Assembly (NCBI GenBank): GCA_964016885.1
Contig: CAXHJY010001497.1
Span: forward strand, 1-23,042
Direction: 5' to 3'
Length of the DNA: 23,042 nt
Origin: Eledone cirrhosa
Taxonomy: Eukaryota
The position numbers and the translations under genes were made by a program. The stretch's first letter is position 1. Each line of letters starts with the position of its first letter. The notes below the pieces were generated by a model, which saw only the letters and a list, made by a program, of their open reading frames with translations, searched no databases and had not been told where the DNA came from. Shown piece by piece: positions 1-13,248 of this stretch.

Positions 1-125
1 AAATAATTTTTCGACGTTCATTTGCAGCAAACTACTTTAAGGTCATATTACGTTTTATGTATGAATGGATGTTTGCGCGCCTCTGTGTTTGTGTGTGTCT
101 GTGTGTGCATATATACAGTGTGTGC

Positions 126-126
<1 letters not shown>

Positions 127-215
<89 letters not shown>

Positions 216-431
216 AAATATATACATATATTTATGTGTGCGTTTGTGTTAGTTTCTAATTCTAATTGAATGGACACATGTTTTAGGGAGTGTACGTGTA
301 TCTATGTTTATATACATACATACATACATATATATACATATATATATACGTACATATATATATATATATATATACATATATGTTTATATACAGAGAGAGA
401 GCGAGAGAGAGAGAGAGAGAGAGTGAGAGAG

Positions 432-510
<79 letters not shown>
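127..510. repeat. Compound microsatellite: (TA)n, (TACA)n, (GA)n
   Basis: Visible (TA)n at ~127-210, TA/TACA at ~308-390 and (GA)n at ~392-510. Confidence 0.95.
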
Positions 511-515
<5 letters not shown>

Positions 516-939
516 GTATATATATATATACACTTGCATATTTACCATATTTACACAGACACTATGATTAAGCCACCTGCTAGCACTTAGCCGAATAATC
601 TGGCGCGCGATACTTCAGAAAATTAGTCCAAAGTAGATTGGGTATAAATTACTGTACATATTGAGGGCATGTGGGGGCAAATATGGTCCTTAATGATCGC
701 ATGGTTAGCATACATTGATCTATAAGGTTAATACTGTAAAGTTCTACTGCTATAATGGCACGCGAGCAGCCAATTCCTGGAGAATATTTGTGTTGACTTT
801 AATGGTGGCAATGTTTGATGTTTGGTATTTAACTAGGTTGTCTCCTCTTAACTAACTCTATAATAACCATTGCTGTAATATATATTTATATTTTGTTACT
901 ATTTAGACAGCTTTAATAATAATCATCTGCTCCCCCTCT

Positions 940-1165
<226 letters not shown>

Positions 1166-1459
1166 TAATAAAAACAATGAAATAAACACAAAGAACAAGT
1201 TCTTCATATTAAAAAATTCATCATTTTACGATCGTTTCTGGGATGTATATGTGTGTTGGTATGTATATCATATAGATCTATGTAAAAATATTACAAATTA
1301 TCAGAGGAGATATACATACCTTCACATATACATGCCATCTGGTCTCCTATGATTTTTATCGTAAATTTTTGAATGTATCTTCTCTTTTCATGATATCTTC
1401 TATATTTGGATTACATTGAGTTCTTAATACGGATTGGACACTACCGTATATTTTGGTAG

Positions 1460-1542
<83 letters not shown>

Positions 1543-1777
1543 TATATTTATATGTATGTATGTATATATATAGAGGTATATATATATATATATCCGAATA
1601 GCAAACCGGAAAAACAAATCTAACAACATTGTGCAATGGATAATGTATTAGTTTAATGTTTGATATATTAGGAAAAGAGTCTTCACGTTTCGGAAGATGA
1701 GAAATAAAAGACGAAATAGGAAGAAAAAGAGTGAGATGAGGAAGGAACGGAATAAATATATTGATTTCAAATTTATA

Positions 1778-2200
1778 AATAATCGACTTTCCCCTCCCCT
1801 AAATTTGTTTGGCTTTTGTCTAAATCAGAAAACTTTATTATTATTCTCATCCCACTGACGTTAGCTTCAACTTTCATCCTTGGTGGTGTCGATAATATAA
1901 GATACCAGTAACACACTGAGATCGTTTTAGTAGACTGTCCCCCTCCAGCAAAATAGTTTACCTGTGCCTAAATCAAAAACCAATTGTCGATAAACTAAAG
2001 TACCAGTAACACACTTGGGTCGATATAATTGACTCTCCCTCTCCCTTGAAAGTGTTTGCCCTGTGCCCGCTAAGTTTAACTTTGCCTTTCATCCTAGCCG
2101 GTGTCGATAAAATAAAGTACCAGTAATGTAATGAGGTCTATATAATCGACTTTCCCCCTCTCCTACAATTGTTTGCCATGTGCCTAAATCAGAAACCATT
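1778..2200 (+). mobile_element. Tandem cluster of ~4 headless 3' fragments of SINE family A
   Basis: The motif (ctttcatcct..)gtcgataa(a)a.taa.gtaccagtaa recurs at ~1870-1915, ~1986-2010 and ~2078-2127. The tail (gact.tcccc.tcc...tgtgcctaaatca.aaac) recurs at ~1780-1833, ~1933-1981, ~2030-2068 and ~2147-2197. All match the bodies of the copies at 5000, 9309 and 15311. Confidence 0.8.
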
Positions 2201-2261
2201 ACTGTAGTTTTATGTATGAACGGTATTTTTTATTGTTGCTGTAGTTATAAAGATAATTTTT

Positions 2262-2365
2262 CTTGTTGTTGTTATTGTTATTGTTGTTGTTGTTTTTGTT
2301 GTTGTTGTTGTTGTCGTCATCGTTGTTGTCGTTGTTGGTGTTGTTGGTGTCGTTATTTATGGTTG
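2262..2365. repeat. (GTT)n degenerate trinucleotide microsatellite
   Basis: ttgttgttg runs are directly visible. Confidence 0.9.
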
Positions 2366-2615
2366 TTATTTTTATAATAATGATAGCTGTGTATTTTGTG
2401 TCTTTTTACGTTTTTTTTTTTAATATGTTTGTTTATATTTGTTTGTTTTCTTCATTATGTTTCTGTTGTTTGTTTGTTGCTGTTGTCACTGTTGCTGTTC
2501 ATTGTCGTCTGATTATGGTCAATTATTTCCTTGTTGTGCCTCCATATTTCTGGTCAGCAATCAACAATATCATATTGCAAGATTGTATTGTTGCTGGCAT
2601 TTAGCCATCATTAAA

Positions 2616-3239
<624 letters not shown>

Positions 3240-3897
3240 ACACAATCAGAAACTCTAGCAAACCTAAAAACAAAGTAACAAATGAAATGAATTAGTGGAT
3301 TGTATCAATGAATGGAACAAATAGGGGAGGAGAAGGGGTGTATGGGGTGGAGTGGGAGGGAGAGGAATTGGAAGGGGGTAGACGTGAGGGAAATGAATGA
3401 ATTCCTGCGGGGTGTGGTCAACAACATTCAATTTGACTCGTATATATTTATACCATTGCATTTATTTAGAGAGGGTGGGGTGACCACAAAACCTTACCAT
3501 CCTTGTTTGGTGCCGCTAACATTCATTAAGAAAGTCATTTATTTTGGCACTAATCTGTCAGAAATTGTACAACACCCGAAATACATGGCTTCTACTATAG
3601 GTTTATTGTTGATTTAATATATGCCGTGTTCAAACCCCGCCTGGGTCCCGGGTCGACTTATATATTAACAATCACCCATTCACTGGTTGGTTTAAAATTA
3701 ACTCTATCACAACCCCAAAATAATGTTTACATGGTGGTATTATCAGAGCCATTAATGCTTCTCCATGTTATTTCGCGGAAGTGTTATGTATCGTAAAGTT
3801 CTGAAGTAGTTCTATTAGAGTATTTAATGTGGTGCTTTTGTATTTCAATTTCGAATCAAAGTAGAGTGATAGCTCTTCTTGTTTAAAACTCACTCCG

Positions 3898-4142
3898 ATC
3901 AATCAACAAGACCCCACAACTCATTCACTTTCCGTGTGGGATAGATCTCCTCCGATCGAACCATGGGAACAATCTTTCATTTGGTCTTTCCATTGCTGAT
4001 TCTATCAACTGATCGCAACTCCTGGTTGAAAGAGCAACGTGAAATAAAGTGTCTTGCTCAAGGGCACAACGCATCACCCGGTTCAGGAATTGAACTCGCA
4101 ACCTAACGGTTCTGAATCCAACTCTCTACCGATAAAGCCATA
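3898..4142 (-). mobile_element. tRNA-derived SINE, family B (CORE-like middle domain), diverged copy
   Basis: The reverse complement aligns with 5319-5535: gagcaacgtgaaataaagtgtcttgctcaaggg, B-box remnant ggaattgaac (rc GTTCAATTCC), and tail ttggtctttccattgct. Its 3' extension at 3898-3960 aligns with 15863-15930. Confidence 0.85.
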
Positions 4143-4999
4143 TCTACATTATATAATTTTTCCTTCTTGCAAAATATTTCATTATAGTATTTGATGCAGA
4201 TTTAACGGCAATTTGTACAGACCTAGTAAGCGCTACAACTAAACTATTATGGAGATATTACAATAAGATATAAAATATTCAAGTTTGAATTCCAGATCAT
4301 GTTGCTTTTCGTCTATGTTCACACTTTTTATATATTTCGTAAATGTATGTATATGAGTGACGTCCGAACGAGTATCATCCACCTCCAATAAACTCACCAT
4401 CTGCTTCTTGGTCCCGGCAGACAGGACGGCGATGGAGACTCGCTAGAATGGATACTCTACCTCGTGGGGTTTGCACGTACAGGCAACCAACTCTCTTCCG
4501 TTAGCAGTGAGCGCAAGGATGTGGTCCGGGGGGCTTAGAACGCCGGAAGTCTCCACTGCTACATGCTCTACCACAAACCTATCAGAGAGTGGCCGATACT
4601 GAGACCATTTTGAACTTGATAAAAATAAAATAATATTAGTACTGGGGTCTATTCTTTCTCTATATCTCTTCTACATTTCTTCTCTATCACTATTTCCTTT
4701 CCTGGAAGAAATCGGCTCTGTTCAAACTTCAAGCCAGGTTTAAAGGAAACACCTCGTTTTACGACAGAACTCCTTAAGACTCCATTAGGTGTTATGGGTC
4801 CATAACATATATTAATGGGAACAAAATAAATGAGACATTTATAAAAAGTAAATACACACTAAATTCAGTCATTCTAAGTATGACGATGATATATTTTCTC
4901 GTCTTATCAAATATAAGACACCATTATCCCCTTTGATTTTCAAGACAGAAAATTGTGATTTAAGGAATAATTTGGCGTTATTTATAACAGATTTATCAG

Positions 5000-5195
5000 G
5001 GTGGGGCTGAATTGGCAAGATCGGTAGAGCGTCGGATAGCATGGCATAAGGCATATAGTCACGTACTTTTGCGCTCTCGGTTCAAATCCCGCCGAGGTTA
5101 ACTTTGCCTTTCATCCTTACGGCGTCGGTAAAATAAAGTACCAGTCACCCCCGCAAATTGTTGGTCTTGTATTTGAACCAGATACCATTATAACC
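5000..5195 (+). mobile_element. tRNA-derived SINE, family A, near full length with target-site duplication
   Basis: A-box-like TGGCAAGATCGG at ~5013, B box GGTTCAAATCCC at 5079-5090, body aactttgcctttcatcct..gtcggtaaaataaagtaccagt. Flanking direct repeat aacagatttatcag (4986-4999) / aacagatttaacag (5196-5209) is 13/14 identical. Confidence 0.9.
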
Positions 5196-5318
5196 AACAG
5201 ATTTAACAGTAGTGTCCTAATGTCTTATATCACTGACATTTTTCAAATCTTTTCAAAAGTAGAATTGAGATGGAGGGTTTGTGGTTTTTGTCACATTTAT
5301 ATAGTTATATATATAGTG

Positions 5319-5540
5319 AAGGCGTGTGGCTGAGTGGTTAGAGAATTGGATTCGCAATCGTAAGGTTGTGAGTTCGATTCCTGGACCAGGCGAGGCGTTA
5401 TGTCCTTGAGCAAGACACTTTATTTCACGTTGCTCCTTCTACCTGGAGTTGCGACCGATAGATAGTATTAGCAATTGGAAAGACCAACGGAAACATTGTT
5501 CCCTCGGTCCGATTTGACGAAAGTCGTTCGTCTAAAATAA
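5319..5540 (+). mobile_element. tRNA-derived SINE, family B, with intact Pol III A and B boxes
   Basis: A box TGGCTGAGTGG (5327-5337) and B box GTTCGATTCC (5372-5381). TCG sits at the anticodon position (tRNA-Arg-like, tentative), followed by CORE-like tgtccttgagcaagacactt. Possible TSD tatatagttatatat at 5298-5312 / 5543-5557. Confidence 0.9.
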
Positions 5541-5625
5541 AATATATAGTTATATATCTCTCTCTCTATATATATAGTTATATATATATATATATATATA
5601 TGAGTGTATACATATATGTATATAT

Positions 5626-5698
5626 ATTACCCACTCTACTACCCCAAGTATCGAGTACTCTGTTGGGTTATGGTCAAGCTGGTTTTTACCACACTCTA

Positions 5699-5703
<5 letters not shown>
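5626..5703 (-). mobile_element. Arm-only copy of the (TA)n-associated arm+palindrome element
   Basis: The reverse complement tcagatagagtgtggtaaaaaccagcttgaccataacccaacagagtactcgatacttggggtagtagagtgggtaat aligns with 20035-20113. It is flanked by TA repeats on both sides. Confidence 0.8.
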
Positions 5704-5741
<38 letters not shown>

Positions 5742-5955
5742 ATATAATTGGAAATTCAGTAAAATCGAATCTCTGGCGGTTTGCAAGTAAATTCGGCCTA
5801 CTTATATGAAATGATGAGTTAGCAAAACACTCGATAAGGTAGGGCCTTAGAGTAATAACATACGTTTAAAAAGCTTGACAAATCGAACATTGTGGTAGGC
5901 TAAACTAACACACAATATGTATACCAGAGCAACGATAGCACTAATCAGGTTGAGA

Positions 5956-6003
<48 letters not shown>

Positions 6004-6004
<1 letters not shown>

Positions 6005-6123
6005 CGAAGGAAATGTGGTAAGGAACCAGGTGGACCTTAACGCACCAAAGTACTCAATACTTAGGGTAGCAGAATTAGCCGTCGAAACGGCTTGAGCTCA
6101 GCCGTCGGGGTCTTACTTGTTCC
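6004..6123 (+). mobile_element. Arm+palindrome element, copy lacking the left palindrome arm
   Basis: Near-identical to 20035-20214 except that the 60 nt equivalent to 20101-20160 are missing. (TA)n lies on both sides. Confidence 0.9.
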
Positions 6124-6181
<58 letters not shown>

Positions 6182-6400
6182 CACGTTGAAACATCGATAT
6201 ACACACTGGAACGTAGATATAAGTGCAACATCATATCTCCTTTCTATAATGTCACCTTATCCCTCTACCCCTTCTCTCTCTCTACCTCTTCTCTCTCTCT
6301 CTCTATCCATCTGTGTCCACCCCCCACCCCACCAACACACCCTTTATTCAGCCTCCACATCTTTTTTCAATGACCACAATATTCCCATCTTTACTTGTCA

Positions 6401-6905
<505 letters not shown>

Positions 6906-7086
6906 GTTCACATTATGAATATCTTGGAGTTTTAATATCCGTTTTAAAGAATAAATTGTCGCCAAGTTACAATGGCCGACATTAGCGGCACAAAAGCCTG
7001 TTTGATTAAACCACTGACGAAATGTTATCTAAGTTAATATCAGCATTGTTGAAGGGATATATGGCTGCAAGCCCTAAGCCGAAAAG

Positions 7087-8198
<1,112 letters not shown>

Positions 8199-8405
8199 AA
8201 AAGGTTGTGTGTATGTATCAGCTAAGACCCGGTTGGGTATATACGATTATGTGAAGTTGCTCCTGTCTGAAGAAGTAGAAGTGTGGACACGAATTCTGTG
8301 ATTGTTCCTATTTCCTCTCTCTGATTAAGCAGCGGGTACATTCATTTTTATAACGTTCTCTCCATAATTGTTCATTTTGAATCACAACAACAGAGACAAC
8401 AACAG

Positions 8406-8947
<542 letters not shown>

Positions 8948-8950
8948 ATA

Positions 8951-9123
8951 TTAATGATCGTCTGATTGGTCACTGATTAATATGTCAAAAATTCTATAGA
9001 TTTTTGCCAATTCTGATTCTATGATTAACTTTGGACTTTTATAAACCGAAATCACGTTCAGAATTTTCCTTAATTGTGGAAAATTCTTTATTAAACTTTG
9101 GATTTCCACTGAGAAACTTTTAT
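8951..9123 (-). CDS. Weak candidate terminal coding exon of an unidentified gene
   Basis: A minus-strand acceptor-like tatctattctacAG is followed by a non-repetitive open frame (D)[56 protein letters not shown]-stop in AT-rich DNA. No domain recognised. Confidence 0.25.
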
Positions 9124-9308
9124 CTGTAGAATAGATATGTGATTCTCTCTGTCTCTCTACCACTCTCTTTCTCCTCCCCCTCTCTCTCTCCTCTCTCTCT
9201 TGCTTTCTCTCTTTCTATCTATTCTCTCGCTCTCTTTTTTCTCCCATTCGCTCTATTTTCTTTGATTTTTGCCCGTGTAAGTGTGTATGTATACGTGTAA
9301 TTATATAT

Positions 9309-9495
9309 GGCGATGGATTGGCAGTATTGGTAGAGGGTCGGACGCCATGCTTTGACGCATAGAGTTACGGCCCTTGCCATTCTGAGTTCAGATCCCGCCG
9401 GAGTTAACTTTGCCTTTCATCCTTACGGAGTCGATAAAATAAAGTACCAGTAATACACTGGAATAATTGCTGGCCTTGTGCCAAAAAGTAGAAAC
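9309..9495 (+). mobile_element. tRNA-derived SINE, family A, with 10-bp TSD
   Basis: A-box-like tggcagtattgg, B-box-like gttcagatccc, body aactttgcctttcatccttacggagtcgataaaataaagtaccagt. Flanking direct repeat aattatatat at 9299-9308 and 9496-9505. Confidence 0.9.
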
Positions 9496-9617
9496 AATTA
9501 TATATACCTATATATACACCCATATATATATTTATATATATATATGTATATATGTGGGCTTCTCTTTCTCTCTCTGCCTCTTTTTCTCTCCATCTTTCTG
9601 TACGTCTTGATTCTGCT

Positions 9618-9664
<47 letters not shown>

Positions 9665-9845
9665 GTGTGTGCGTATGTTTGTGTGTCTGTGTATGTGTGT
9701 GTATGTATGTGTGTGTGTATGTGTGTAAGGGGGAGGGAGTTTTTTCTTCTCTCACTATGTCTCTCTTTTGCTCTAGCTCTGGGTATGTCTTTCATTCTGT
9801 ATATGTGTGTATGAATGTATGCATGTATACATACATACACAGAGA

Positions 9846-9909
<64 letters not shown>

Positions 9910-9943
9910 CACATACACACATACACACAGAGAAACACACACA

Positions 9944-9979
<36 letters not shown>

Positions 9980-9981
<2 letters not shown>

Positions 9982-10059
9982 AAATAACAGATTAAAGTTT
10001 AAGACATATATATATATATATACATACATATTTACAGGCACTAATGCACTGACACACAC

Positions 10060-10096
<37 letters not shown>

Positions 10097-10215
10097 ATGG
10101 CAGTTCTGTTGCATGGTCTCAGCCTGTCTCCTGGAACACGTAATAGAATAATAGATTAATATATATATATATATTTATATATATATGTACGTATGTATAT
10201 ATATATGTATCTATG

Positions 10216-10249
<34 letters not shown>

Positions 10250-10299
10250 TGTATGTATGTATGTATGTATGTATGTATGTATGTATGTGTGTATGTATG

Positions 10300-10346
<47 letters not shown>

Positions 10347-10454
10347 TATATATTTCGAAATATTTACTTCTGCGTTCACAGATTGATTTTTTAGTTTCAG
10401 AAAATCCCGTTCAGGGTAAAAGCACCGATTCTTTGCTTAAACTTTAATCTGTTA

Positions 10455-10459
<5 letters not shown>
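9980..10459. mobile_element. Segment bounded by perfect 24-bp inverted repeats (possible non-autonomous TIR element)
   Basis: taaaataacagattaaagtttaag (9980-10003) is the exact reverse complement of cttaaactttaatctgttatttta (10436-10459). (TA)n lies outside both ends. Confidence 0.55.
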
Positions 10460-10513
<54 letters not shown>

Positions 10514-10615
10514 ATACATAAGCCTGAAGAGCTATCAAGCCCGTTCACTCATAAGCCAACCTTGAGCTGATCGATCCCCAAGCGAGCGTCACGTGTGAAT
10601 AAGTGAATAAGTATA

Positions 10616-10835
<220 letters not shown>

Positions 10836-11078
10836 TGGGAGAGACTGTAGGAGAAGGGTGATAGATGGAGAAATGTGGGTGAGTGGGAGAGTCAGCAAAG
10901 ATAGCGGTCAGAAATGTTGATTGAATTGTCCAACAGGATATCGATTTTTTAAAACCATTGATTAGTTGATACAATAATAATGTTCATTCAATTAGATTCC
11001 ATCATTTTCTCATTTACATATATATATTTTTATTGATTTCTTTTAATTCTTCTTCTTGTTTTTATTTGTTTTCTTCTT

Positions 11079-11407
11079 TGTTGTTGTTGTTGTTATCGGT
11101 ATTGTTATTGTCGTTTTTGTTGTTGTTGAGGCTGGTTTTGTTGTTTTCGATGCTATTGTTACTTTTGTTGTTGATGCTGTTGCTGCTGTTGATGTTATTA
11201 TTGTTGTTGTTGGGGCTATTGTTGTTGTTGTCGATGCTGTTGTTACTTTTGTTGTTGTTGAAACTGTTGTTGTTGTTGATGTTATTGTTGTTGTTGGGCT
11301 GTTGATGATGCTGAAACTGTTGTTGTTGTGGCTATTGTTATTTTCGTTTTTGTTGTTGAGGCTGTTGTAGCTGTTGATGTTAATGCTGTTGTTGTTGTTG
11401 TTATTGA

Positions 11408-11460
<53 letters not shown>

Positions 11461-11476
11461 CTGTTGTTGTTGTTGA
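11079..11476. repeat. Degenerate (GTT)n tract with internal higher-order duplications
   Basis: GTT/GCT/GAT triplets, with recurring blocks such as tgttacttttgttgttg and ttgttggggct. Confidence 0.9.
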
Positions 11477-11870
11477 AGATGATAACGTTTCCTTTGTCTA
11501 TTTAATAATTTACTCTATAAGTTGGTGTGGAGTGGGGAGGAATTGAGTGGCCCTATGGTTCGAAATGGTTTCCATTTCGGCTTCTAGAAATTCAGAGTTT
11601 ACGTTTTGTTCCCAAGGACCCCTTGTATTTAAATGGGTTTGCCCACGGACTCACACATTGATATAAACACACACATGCACACACACACACATAAATAATT
11701 AATTACACACATATGTCTTTATTTAAAGCACAGTCTTTAGTTCTGCATAAATACAAATATATGTATAAACATATATATATTTGTATGAATATATGCGTGA
11801 ATGCACACACACATACACCAAGTTACGCAGGCACATCACACAAACACACAGACACACACAGACACACACA

Positions 11871-11951
<81 letters not shown>

Positions 11952-11953
11952 TT

Positions 11954-12143
11954 ATCAGGATTAAACCAGTATTAAACTAGGTAAACCATTATTCAATAGA
12001 GTACACGGTACTTGTGATAGTAGACTGTGATTATATTAGGAAGAGTTATGTCCCGACGGATGAGCTCTTGCCGTTTGAAGAGCTAGTCTTGAACTGTCTG
12101 TTAAAACGGAAAGACATCAGCCATCGGGACCCAACTCTATCTA
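11954..12143 (+). mobile_element. Diverged full-length copy of the arm+palindrome element
   Basis: The arm atcagg..aaactaggtaaaccat..caatagagtacacggtacttgtgatagtag aligns with rc(5626-5703). A degenerate palindrome follows at ~12037-12143 (gagtt..gtcccgacggatgagctcttgccgttt ... aaacggaaaga..tcagccatcgggac..aactc). Confidence 0.75.
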
Positions 12144-12149
12144 TTATCT

Positions 12150-12192
<43 letters not shown>

Positions 12193-12323
12193 CTCTCTGT
12201 CACTATATATATGTATATATGTGTGTGTGAGTGTGTGTATATGTGTGTGTGAGTGTGTGTATGTGTGTGTGTAAGTTTGTATGTGCGTGCGAATGTGCGT
12301 GTATGTATATATGTATAACTTAC

Positions 12324-12426
12324 AGCAATATTACATTCAAGAAATGCATCAATGCCCCGACATCCCACATTCTGTCATCAATAAGTCAGGAAATCCGTCG
12401 ACTATGTAGGAAATCAAGAATAGCGA
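12324..12426 (-). other. Candidate 103-nt exon (consensus splice sites; stop codons in all three frames)
   Basis: On the minus strand, acceptor gttgtgcttcccAG and donor GTAAGT bracket precisely a unique island between microsatellites. Confidence 0.3.
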
Positions 12427-12436
12427 CTGGGAAGCA

Positions 12437-12649
12437 CAACAACAACAATAACAATAATAATAACAACAACAACGATAACAACAACAGCAGCAGCAACATC
12501 AATAGCAAAAACAACAACAATGACAATAAATTCAATGATGTCGCGGATCTCAATAAAGAAAGGAAATAGAACAATAACAACAACAACAACAATAACAACA
12601 ACGACTACTACTACTACTACTACTACTATTACTACTACTACTAATACTG

Positions 12650-12703
<54 letters not shown>

Positions 12704-12724
12704 TTACTACTACTACTAATACTG

Positions 12725-12759
<35 letters not shown>

Positions 12760-12763
12760 GCTG

Positions 12764-12799
<36 letters not shown>

Positions 12800-12820
12800 T
12801 TACTACTACTACTAATACTG

Positions 12821-12865
<45 letters not shown>

Positions 12866-13217
12866 TTACTACTACTACTAATACTGCTACTACTACTACT
12901 ACTACTACTACAACTACTACTACTATACTAACAACAGAAACATTGTCAAGTTCATCAAAATTATAAACAACACACAAAATTTGCAACAAAAACAACGACA
13001 GTAACAACAACAACAATAGCAACAAAAACAACAACAACAACAACAATAACGCTAGCAACGGCAACATTGTCAAGTACAACAACAACAACAACAGCAATAA
13101 CGCTAACAACTGCAACATTGTCAAGTACAACAACAACAACAACAATAGCAACAAATACAACAACAGTAGCAACAACAACAACAACAACAACAATAGCAAC
13201 AAATACAACAACAGTAG

Positions 13218-13248
<31 letters not shown>

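Noticed and set aside
3627-3660. gttcaaaccccgcc..ggtcgactt B-box fragment of SINE family A
   Set aside because: About 30 bp only, too short to call as an element.
5319-5392. Functional tRNA-Arg gene
   Set aside because: The acceptor and anticodon stems pair poorly and the sequence continues into a SINE body shared with two other copies.
7013-7055. CTGACGA hammerhead start
   Set aside because: No GAAA follows the putative stem II and there is no stem I or III.
10385-10600. Hammerhead-like fragments (minus ctgaacgggattttctgaaac; plus ctgaagagct)
   Set aside because: The cores are incomplete and the stems cannot be closed convincingly.
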